Positions 50,801-61,500 of a stretch of DNA of 64,000 nucleotides are shown here, in pieces. A program made the position numbers and the translations under genes. Each line of letters opens with the position of its first letter. Position 1 is the first letter of the stretch. The notes under the pieces are model-generated. The model saw only the letters and a program-made list of their open reading frames with translations, was not told where the DNA came from and searched no databases. Source of the stretch: Ministeria vibrans ATCC 50519 (lineage: Eukaryota; Protista; Filasterea); contig CALSCP010000382.1 in the NCBI GenBank assembly GCA_943704425.1, positions 1-64,000 on the forward strand, written 5' to 3'.

Positions 50801-52076
50801 CGGCGACGACGGCGACGACGACGACGATGATGATGCCGACGACGATGATGACGACGATGACGACGATGACGATGACGACGATGGCGACGACGACGACGAC
50901 AACGACGACAACGACGAGCTGGACGGCGACGACGAGCGCACGAGGGTCGCACGTGGTGGCAAGGGACGCGGCGCATCGCACTCGACGCAGCAGCAACAGC
51001 AGCAGCGTCGTGGGTCGTCGTCGTCGTGGCGTGACAAGACTGCGGGAGTGAGCAGTGCACTGGAGCGCACCTGTTCCATTTGCAGTGAGCGTCGCTGGCA
51101 ACATTTGTTGGTCAAGTGTTCGCGCTGTTCGCGTCACTACCACATTGGGTGTCTGGAGCCACCACTGGACCGGAGTAAACCAGGGTCGTCATGGGAGTGT
51201 CCCAAGTGCCACGACACGTCGAGCGACGACGACGTGCCCTCGGCCGTGCTCGGCTCGCCGTCTCTCGCTGTGCGACGTCCAAAGCGTTTTGTACAGGAGT
51301 CGTGGCGCGACACTGTGCTTCCCGTTGGCTCGCGCACACGCCGACAACGCACCGATGAACAACAGAAGCAGCAGCAGCAGCAGCAGCAACAACAACAACA
51401 ACAGAACAAGCGGAAGCGAGGCAAGGTGGGCCGGCCGCCCAAGGAGAAGAAAACGACAAGTAACGGTGCAAGCACCGTCGACGGTGAAGGTGGTGGTATG
51501 GGACGCAGTGCAATTGGAATGGGGCCTTTGCGCAGCACTAACATGGCGCAGGCGCGTCTTCAGGGCGCGTCGTCGGCGCTCAAGCCGTCGGTGTATATGC
51601 TGGACCTGGATTCGGGTGAGGAGGCCAACCTGGACAAGGGAGTGGTGGCGGAGCGCGAGCACTGGCGAGTCATGGCCAATGGCGAGCCGCTACCGACGAC
51701 GCTGCGTTCGGCAGTCAATGCCACGCTTGCTACGACCTCGTCAGCGCGCGACGCTGCACTTGCGGCAGTGCAGGAGTCGCTGAGTCAAGTGGCGGAGATG
51801 GTGCGCCAGGCGACGGGGCTCGATGGGAGCCGTGGAGGAGGAGGGGACAACGAGTCGACGGGTGGTGTACGTCGTCGCAAGGTGTACAGCAGCAAGGTGA
51901 TTGGTGAGTCGTGCGGCACGTGCAGCCGCACAACGTCGTGGAAGGAGCCTGGGGTTAGTTGCGACAAGTGCAACCGATGCTTTCACTGGGGCTGTCTGCA
52001 GCGACCCGCCAAGAAGAACCCCAAGCCGCGTGGCTTTGAGTGGTATTGTCTTGACTGTGGGATCATAGACCAATGA
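47874..52076 (+). CDS. PHF14: PHD finger protein 14-like (PZP module plus two PHD fingers)
   Basis: N-terminal RDPSKRAVKP; acidic tract; PZP (CDSCGMAAHEECYG...CVLCP...KETDTG..SHVICSLY...GVCIRCEAFGCRRYYHATCAQRLGLL); PHD3 (HIGCLEPPL) and PHD4 (FHWGCLQRP...WYCLDC). Confidence 0.85.
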
Positions 52077-52308
52077 GAAAGGAGAGAAGGGAGCAGAGCG
52101 AAAAAGTAGAGTGTATTTTTTGAAGAAAAACAACCTGAAACCCAGTATTCACCACTATTCACTATTCACTACCCACTATTTACACTGAGCACTAATAACT
52201 ATTATAATTAATAATAATAATAATTATTATTATTGTTGTCGCGTTTTTGTTTGTGATATAATAATTAATTCTTATTGGTCGTCAATCGTCAATTATTTTT
52301 TATTATTT

Positions 52309-53341
52309 ATGCACAGATTGGTGTTTGTGGTCTGCGTTGTATTGGTGATCGTCGAGGGCGGCTGGAGTGCTCCATGTGACTTTGAGCAATCACTTCATGT
52401 TGACCAACTTCGCCAAGAGGTATTTTGCTCTTTGTCATTGTCACGTTTCATGGCATCTCTTTATTAGATCTTTGGCGAGCAGTTTGCGGACCAGTGCCCC
52501 TTACTGCGCACCACAACGCGGTTTTCGTCGTTGATTAAGCTTGCGAAGCGACAAGAGGAGCGGTAACTGCAATTTGTCTCGCGCAGTCATTGTGTGATTC
52601 GCGTCGCCTTACACACGCGTTTCTGCTTTAGAGAGGCATGTAGGGCATGTGGCAAGATGTTTCGAACAAAGCATTTTCTTCTGAAGCACTTGGTGAATCG
52701 TCACAGCGATCGACTGAATGAGGTGCGATTTTCAAGAACAACCTCCAACTTGTTTTGACTTGTCTCAGGAGAGTGTCTGCTTGGCCGACTTCTGTGACGT
52801 ATTCCAGTGCACCCCCGCACCCCCTACCGAGAGCTGCGATGCTGAAGCGATGGCTCGAGCACGACTCAAGTGTAATGTACGCAACCACACTCAAACAGCC
52901 TTTGCACCATTCTCACGTTTGCTTTTGTCACAGAGACTGTTACACGAGTGCTTTCCCGCGACCGACGACGAAGATTCCATTTTTTGTACGTCGTATCATA
53001 ACTACACCATTCATTGTGATATTAATACTCATCTAGTTGGCTATTCGTCACGTCTGTGCCGTCGTCTGAGCTGCGACCCGCCCCGCTCCGACGCGACACC
53101 CGTCGTCTCTCGCCTCCGCACTGTCCTCTCTGTCTGCGCCCTTTTTGCTCTCTTTGCCACCCTCCCGCTTCTCTTTCGCCGCTTGCGTGGCTACCTTGCC
53201 GCCCGCCACAACCGCCCGCCTGCCCGCCGTCGCTTCGTCACTCGCTCTCACCCCCCTCCCTCTCCGTCTCCCTCTTTCTCTTCGTCTCTTCGCCTCCGCC
53301 ATCCCTCCCCGCATCCCGTTGATCCCATTTCTTCCTTTTAA
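52309..53341 (+). CDS. Cys-rich membrane protein with signal peptide and single C2H2 finger, about six exons
   Basis: Spliced: MHRLVFVVCVVLVIVEGGWSAPC...CRACGKMFRTKHFLLKHLVNRH...CLADFCDVFQC...CFP...LCRRLSC, then TM segment VLSVCALFALFATLPLLF. Confidence 0.6.
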
Positions 53342-53491
53342 TATTGACTTCTCCCGAAATGTATAGTGTATTTCAAAAAAAACATAATATTGAACTAACT
53401 GTATTGAAACAAAGAGCAAAAGAAATATTTTAATAATAGTTATTGTAATAATAATTGTTAAAATGTTAATGATGCGCAAAACCAAACACAC

Positions 53492-55236
53492 TTAGAGAAT
53501 GTGTTTTTCCTTCAGCTCACCCTCAGAGGGACGTTCTCTACAGAACGAGAAAGAAAGCCAGCAAGTGAGTGAGTGCGGAGGGGTGAATGAAGGAATATGT
53601 GTGACAGTGTGGAACATTGTATATCAATGGGTAAAGAGAAAGTGCTTACTCAAGTTTGTGGTTGAGTTTGTCAGCAATCATCTGATGTTCCAGGTGCTCG
53701 GCTGTGGCGGCATTCGGACCCTTCAGGATGTTTTGCTGCTTGAGCTCCTCGGCGGTCGGGCGGTGTTCCAGACCATGCTGCACCGCAGCCTTGGTCAGCT
53801 CGGTCTTCAGCACATCCTCACGCGCCGCAAGAGGACCTTCTCCGTGCATAATGTTCTTCTGCTTAAGGTCTTCTTTGGAGGGTCGCGATCTAAAGAGAAA
53901 ATGAATCTATCGTGAGAAACAAAAATCAAATTTCTCACACTACACTTACTCAAGCTTGTGGTGTAGCTTATCAGCAATCATCTGATGTTCCAGGTGCTCG
54001 GCTGTGGCGGCATTCGGACCCTTCAGGATGTTTTGCTGCTTGAGCTCCTCGGCGGTCGGGCGGTGCTCCAGACCATGTTGCACCGCAGCCTTGGTCAGCT
54101 CGGTCTTCAGCACATCCTCACGCGCCGCAAGAGGACCTTCTCCGTGCAGGATGTTCTTCTGCTTAAGGTCTTCCTTCGAGGGTCGCTGTCTGCAAAACAC
54201 AAGCCTCACTCAGCAAACAAAAAGAAACAAAGTGATAGAGAGAGAGAGAGACAACAACAGCCCAACACGAACAGAGACAAATACACGCAACGAACATAAA
54301 GAAAACCTACTCAAGCTTGTGATGAAGCTTATCAGCGACCATTTGGTGCTCGAGATGCTCGGCCACAGCAGCATTGGGCCCCTTGAGGATGTTCTACAAA
54401 CAAACAGCGACAAGTCAATAAACCAATAAACGTTTTGGGTTTGATTGACTGTTTTCGGTGTGATACCTGTTGCTTGAGCTCTTCGGGTGTGTGGCGGTGC
54501 TCGAGGCCATGCTGGACGGCCGCCTACAGTGAGGGAGTGCGGTGAGAAGGACGAAGCAAGACAACGCAAGAAGAGCCGTAGAGAACGCACCTTTGTGAGC
54601 TCTGTCTTCAGGACATCCTCGCGGGCCGCAAGAGGGCCGTCTCCGTGCAGAATGTTCTTGTCTTTCAGCTCCTCCTGCGAAAAAACCAAATTTGCCGGTA
54701 AGATTTTTTGTTCTCTTGTTTTTTTTTTTCATCGTGGCAAAAGCGAGAGAGAGAGCGCAGAGGTGCGAATGGGACATCGCCCGTCGACCAACCACACATG
54801 TGTGCCGTGCGATACAGCCGAGGCGGCGCACCCACACACTCAGCATATCGTCAGAGCAAAGCGCGAAGTTTTTTCGACAAAGTTTGCGCAAACATCTGAA
54901 AACGACACTAAGCTTCTCCGCGAACTGCGTATCGCAATATAAGGCAGATATATGGACATCATCGAAAGAACGCAGTCGATCCTGACCGCACACTCTTTTT
55001 TAAGGCGTTTTTTTTTTTTTTTTTTTTTTTTTTGCGCAATGTGTGACGTTTGTGGAAATACAGAACATGCTCGAGGGAAAGGATAGGTGAGATGATGATA
55101 GGAGGCATAAGGGAGAGTTTTAGGGTGAAGCGGGCCAGGAATCGCGTGTAATACGGCGGGATGACTTGGAAAGAAGAAGGGGCTCGTGTACCTTGGAGGG
55201 ACGCTCGGCAAGCTTGGCAGCAAGTTGATCAGACAT
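53492..55236 (-). CDS. RPEL-repeat (G-actin-binding) protein with seven RPEL-like motifs
   Basis: MSDQLAAKLAERPSK|EELKDKNIL; repeated RPSKEDLKQKNI / RPTAEELKQQNIL; last exon ERPSEGELKEKHIL*. Confidence 0.8.
53645..54186. repeat. Near-identical tandem duplication of a ~240-nt exon (300-bp period)
   Basis: 53645-53886 and 53945-54186 align almost base for base; the flanking introns differ. Confidence 0.92.
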
Positions 55237-55526
55237 GTGTTAGTGTATGTGAAGGGGTGGAAAGTTGTTCAAGTGGAAAACGAGAAAAAATGTGAAATTG
55301 ACATCCAACTCGTGAACTTGGAATTACCTCTTTCTTTCGCAAGCGACGCACACGTCGAAAACCGAAACAAGAGATGTCAAATGGGTGAAGTGAGAGGGGA
55401 GACAGTTAGGTGACAGGCGTGGGAGTCATCGGCTTAGGAATGGCGATGACTTGGTCGAAGGAACGCACTTGGAACGCTCAACCCTTCACATTCAGACGGC
55501 CAAATCATAAAAAGGAATTGATTGAT

Positions 55527-58500
55527 TTATTTAACCGAACATGTAATTGCACCGTCAACAAAGGAGAGCAGAAGGGTCTTGCCCTTCATGTTAGGCTGAA
55601 CAATCACACGTGACAGCACATTGACACAGTCTTGCTGGACCTTGCGCTTGAGCTGGCGCGCACCAAAACGTGGGTCAAACCCATCGGTGCAAATGTGCAC
55701 AAGTAGCGACTCGTCCCAGTCGAGGCTGAGCGATCGCGCCACAAACGCCTGTGTCTTGGCCACACGTCGCAGTTGAATCTCAACAATCTTCTTGAGCACC
55801 TTCCCACCCAGGGGCAGGAAGGGCACTACAGCATCAAGTCGCTCGACAAACTCGGCACGGAAAAACTTGCGCACCTGCGGCAGCAACAATTGCTCGAGTT
55901 CCTCACGATCGAGATCAACTTCCTGATCCACGTCCAACGACGACGACGACAACGACGAAGAGGAGGACGTCTTCGTCGTAGTAGTAGTTGAGGTGGTGGC
56001 CTTTTTCGCAACTGGCTTGTCGTTGTCGTCGCTATTGACACGCACCAATCGCTCAACAAGAGCCATGTCGGCACCCACCACCGAATCGACAGCAGTGCCT
56101 TCGCGAAACAACACAAAGGTGGGCACTGACGTGACACCGGCCGTGGCTGCCAGCACGTCGCATTTATCAATGTCCGCCCGGGCATACACCACATTGCCTA
56201 GCTGAGACTCGGCAAGTGCATCAAACGCAGGCGCAACACGCTCACATGGCCCACACCACGACGCACAAAAGTCAACAAGCATCAGACGCGAGCCGGCCTG
56301 ACGTGCACACTCGCGAAAGTCATCCAACGAGTGGATCACCCGCACCGTCTCTTTCACAGCCTTCTTGTCCTTGGAACTGCCGCTCTTCTTCGACGCACTC
56401 GCACCACGACCACCGCCGGCAGCGGATGCGCTGGCAAACTTGGACGTGTCCTTGAGTAGCGCGTCCATGGAGCTCTTGGCGGCACGACGATGGCGCCCTT
56501 CCTCAATGCGCTTGTACAGCACATCCGCACCTAGATTGGACGTCATGAAGAAGATGCCGTTGCGACAGTTGACCCGTCGCCCCGTCGCATCCGACACGTG
56601 ACCTATCACAAAAAACAATGAATACAAGTCCAACAACACCATTGATGCGCTGCAGCGCAACCAAAGTCATTCGTACCTTCATCAAAGACCTGCAAGAGAA
56701 TATCAAAAACACGCGGGTGGGCCTTCTCCACTTCGTCGAAAAGCACCGCCGAGTACGCTCGCTTGCGTAGCGCCTCTGTCAGCTGGCCACCGTCGTCAGA
56801 GCCCACATAACCCGGAGGACTAAACACAGGGAAATTTATAAAGAGTACAAAAACAAAAAAAAGTAATATTTGTTACCTTCCAATCATACGCGAGATACTC
56901 TGTTGCTCTTGATACTCACTCATGTCCAGCCGGATAAACGCCTGATCCGTGTCAAACAGCTGCTCCGCCACTGCCTTGACCAGCTGTACACAACCAAGCA
57001 CAAGCACAACAGGTAAAAATAAAGCAAAACAATCATATTAATAATTACTACGTTCGTCTTATATTATACTATTTAAATTATCACTATACCTCGGTCTTTC
57101 CAACGCCAGTGGGACCAACCAGCAAGAAGGAGCCAATGGGACGGTCGGGGTCGCCGAGGCCACAACGGTTGCGGCGGATTGCATCGACGACGGTCTGAAC
57201 GGCAAAAGGTTGGCCCACAACACGCTGCTCGAGGACATCGCCCAGACTCGCAAGACGCTCTAGATCACTCTGCTGCATCTTATTGAGCGGAATTTTGGCG
57301 CGACGCGACACCTCGGCAGCCACATCATCCTCATCGACCTCCGTCTTGCCGTCAATCTCAGCCTTACTCGCCGCCTTGCCCAGTACGTCAATCGCCTTGT
57401 CAGGTAGACGAAGCTCCGTCATATAGCGCGATGTAAGCTCACACGCTGCCAGAATGGCGCCCTGCGTGAAGGAAACGCCATGGCGACGCTGAAAGTGCTC
57501 GCGACGCGCCACCAGAATGTCCACCGTCATGGCCACACTGGGCTCCTCAACAATCACCTCTGCAAACCGCCGCACCATCGCCGCGTCCTTCTCGATATTC
57601 TTCTTGAACTCCTTGTGCGTCGTCGCACCAATCACTCGGAACTCCCCTCGCGACAGCGCGGGCCTGAACAAGTATAGAAAAATAAGTTAAAAAGAAAAAA
57701 AGGAAAAAAAAGGAAAAAAAAAAAGACAATTCAAAATGACGTACTTGAGAATGTTTCCGGCGTCCATGGAGCCCCCACCAGCACCCGCGCCCATCATGGT
57801 GTGCATCTCGTCCAAGAACAAAATGTCACCGTCGCTCTCGCTCATCTCCGCCACAATCTTCTTCATGCGCTCCTCAAACTGTCCGCGATACTGCGTGCCC
57901 GCCACGACTGAACTCATGTCCAGACTGTACACTCGCTTGTGTCGTAGGAACTCAGGCACACGCGCCTGTACAATCCGTACCGCCAGCCCTTCCACCACAT
58001 TCGTCTTGCCAACACCCTACACGGAAACAAAATAAACCGTATTAAATTTCCAAGTGAAGTCGTTGTCTGTTTTTTTATTATTATTAAACGTACCGCCTCA
58101 CCAAGAAGAATGACATTGCTCTTGCCGGCGCGATTAAGCGTCTCAATGATCATCTGCAGCTCAGCGTCGCGTCCAATGGCGTCGTGAATTTTGCTGTCGC
58201 GCGCCAGTTCCGTCAGGTCACGTCCGTGTTCCTTCATCATCTTCATGCGATCGTTTCCCTTGGGCTTCCACGCACCGCTATCCTTGATCGTTTTCTTCAC
58301 CGCTTCATTCAGGGTGACTCCATCAATCGCAAGCGCAGTCAAACTGCCGCCGCCGCCCGACACTGCTGCTGCAGCTCCAATCACACTCGTTGACGCGTCC
58401 TTGTTGTCACCGTCCACTGCACGACCACTCACCGACTGCATGGCGCTCGAGACGGCACTGCGAATCTCATCCGAGGTTAACTTGCGGCTGGCAATGTCGT

Positions 58501-61500
58501 CACCAAGCGCATCGTCCATGTCCGCGCACTCACACGCGAGTCGCTCGAGTTCCTCTTGAAGTCCCTTGAGGTTGAACGAACGATAGTACTGGCCGCGCAG
58601 TGTCGCCAGCGAGCCCTTAAACTCGGCCGTTTTGCGTCGGTCATCCTTGGGCGGATCGAGTTTGACCGTGGCAAACGCTTCGCGCAATCGCTCCACCGGC
58701 GTCTTGTCCTTCTTTCCCTTGCCAAAGCCTCCGCATCCTGAGTCTGCCTCGTCCTCGACAACCTCATCAGGGTACACCAATGAGAAGACAGCCATGGTAC
58801 GCGGTGATTTGCGCATCTGCGTGCGAAACGCATCGAAGAGCTCCTTCGACTTGAAGAGCGTCTCCTCAGCCGCCTCAACATAGATGATGACGGGTTGTGC
58901 ACGGCCAATGCGCTGCCGAAAAACCGACTCAAGCAGCGTCACATACTTGCTAGGCTCACTCTTAAACAGATCGGCCACCAACACAATGGTCTGTGCGCCA
59001 AAGCGGTTGGCCAGTCCCTGGCCAACCGCACGATGGTACAAGTGCGTGCCGTCGTCGGGCGGGCCCTCCAGCAGCAGGAATCGGTCGTACGTCTGCATGC
59101 GCTCCGAGTGTTCACTCACCAAGAACAGCGAACCGGTTCCTGTGAATCAAAGAAAAAGAGAGAGGAAAGAGAGGAAAGAGAGGAAAGAGAGGAAAGAGAG
59201 GAAAGAGAGGAAAGAGAGAGTGATAAAAAGTTAAAAAAAAACATAATAATAATAATAATAAAAATAATAAAAATAATAATAATAATAATACCAATAAGAG
59301 TGTTGTGAGACTCGGCGGAAATGTAGTAGGGAAAGTCGGGACCAAGGGTGATGGTTTCTGCCTCGTCGAGAAGCGAGCTCCACCACTCGTGCTGCTTCTC
59401 GCTTGCTTCGCGGTCAAGAGCCTCCTGCACGCGTTCCATCACTTGCTTGAGCGCACTCGTCGTCAGGACGATCTTGTTGTTGTCGGTGTCGCAATCTGAA
59501 CCACTGGCACCCTCGGGTTGCACGGGGGTCGACGAGGCCGATACCACAGCAGTACCGACAGCGGAGGCGGCGGTCGTAGTCGTAAGTGTCGAAGAGTCAC
59601 TGTTGAGATCACCATGGATGGCAGCGGCCACAGCAGCAACCGCCGCTTGTTCGCTATCCACCTGACTCATGGCGGACTCTTGAAGGCGAACAGTGGTGCG
59701 GATGATTTCGGGAAGTCGCGAGGCAAAGCGCGTGTCGCAGGCCATTCGATTGACGAGCTCGTCCTCAGTGGCGTGCTCCTCGATAATCATGTGATGGGAC
59801 AGAGCCAAGCGCAACTGGACGCGTGCAACTCGTTTGTCCCATATCTTAGCATCGGCCACCATGCGATCGCTCCACGCCGCAAACGCGCTCACGTTCACAT
59901 CGGCTGAGGGTGCGGTGAGCTTGAGCTTGCGACAGGCGGCCGTCGACGAGTCGCCCGCATCCTCGTCTTCCGACACCTCTTCCTCCTCAGCCTGACCAAA
60001 CATGCCAAAGGGACGTCCACGATTACGCATTTTGCCTTTGCCACGACGCACATTTCGACGTCCACCAAACGCCCCGTCGTCGTCGTTGTCGTCGTCGCTC
60101 TTGGACTCGTCCGAGACAGTCGACGAGAAGACAATGGGAACGCCGGTGGGAAGGGTCGCCCAGGCACGCAGCGCGTCGATGTAGCCCTTGAAAGTCGATG
60201 CGTTCTCGTGGAGTTGAGGCACATGGACAACACATGGCGCAATCTCATGATCGTTGAGCACCTCACGGAGTGCATTGAACACGGTGCGTTCGGGACTCGA
60301 TGTCCTCGGCTTCGTCTCCTGCTGCTGGTTGAACATGCCGTTGTTGCTGGAGATGCACTCGGGGCGAACACGGCTGCGCGGACGAATGCCCGGCAAGGTG
60401 AGATTGTAGGTACCGTCGTCGTTGACCTTAGACACGCTCCCCGACATGCCGTCTGTAGTGCGGATCTGGTCGCCGACGGCAAAGGCGTTGCGGCCCTTAA
60501 AGCCAGGCTTGACAAGCGCAAGCAGTTCGGCAATATTGAGACGGAGAAGACGACGGGTGCTTCGCTGGGCGGCAATGGCATCGACAATCTTCTCGTGGCA
60601 CAGAGCTGAGCCTACGGGTCCCTCAAGGCGCAGTACGGCAACGTCAAAGCCGGCAAGATGTTGAAAGCGATCTTGTGTGGTCGTTGCGGTGTCGTCGGTG
60701 GAGTCGCTATTTTTCTTAGACAAGCCTTGCAAGCATGCCGTAGTCCACGCATCAAGCTGATTCGCCAGCTCGGCCTTGATGGGGTAGGCAAACGTAGAGT
60801 CGCGAAGCACAGCCGATATGAGTGCACTGCTGTCCTCCTTGGAAGTGGCGTCGTCGCTGTCGTCGTCCGATGACACGACGTCGGTGATGGCCGCGCGAAT
60901 GACCTTGACAAGACGATTGTGCAGTTCCTTCTTGGAGCTTGCCACACTGGTGCTGGTACTTGAGGATCCCAGAGAATCGCGCAACAGCTCGGCATCAAGC
61001 AGGAGATTGCCTTCGTCGTCGTACTCGACTGCGTCCTTGTCGCGCTCGTGCTGGCTGCTCAAGGCCATATTGAGAACGCGACGGAGCTCGTGCACCGACA
61101 GCTTCTTGTGGGTGATGCAAAATGGAAGCGGTGCATCATGCTCAGCATCATCGTCATTGCTGTGCGTCACCGCGCAGGGCTTAAGAGCCACCTTGGTCAA
61201 CATAAGAATGTCACGCAAACGACGGCAGTTACCCACGCGTTGCATGCGACGCTTCTCCTCTTCGCAAAAGCTCTTCCACGCGCGCTGATCCTCCTTCTTC
61301 TTGGCCGCCAGCACCGTTACGATGTCTGCCAGTGGCTCTACGGACGTGTCTACACTGGACGAGACGGGTTCCTCGGCCTTTTTCTGATCCGAGCCCTCTT
61401 CGTCGCTGTGGTCGATGCTCTTCCCATCGCCCTTGTCATCGCTCTTGTCCCCCTCTGCTTCGTCTTTCTCTTTCTGCTTCTTCTTCTCCTCCTCCTCGTT

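Noticed and set aside
54690-55180. Possible ncRNA or extra exon in the long first intron of the RPEL gene
   Set aside because: No recognisable tRNA/snoRNA boxes or convincing coding signal could be supported by eye.
56030-56345. Separate thioredoxin gene or bacterial contaminant clp operon
   Set aside because: Trx is in frame between NBD2 motifs in one exon, and the Clp region has spliceosomal introns like its neighbours.
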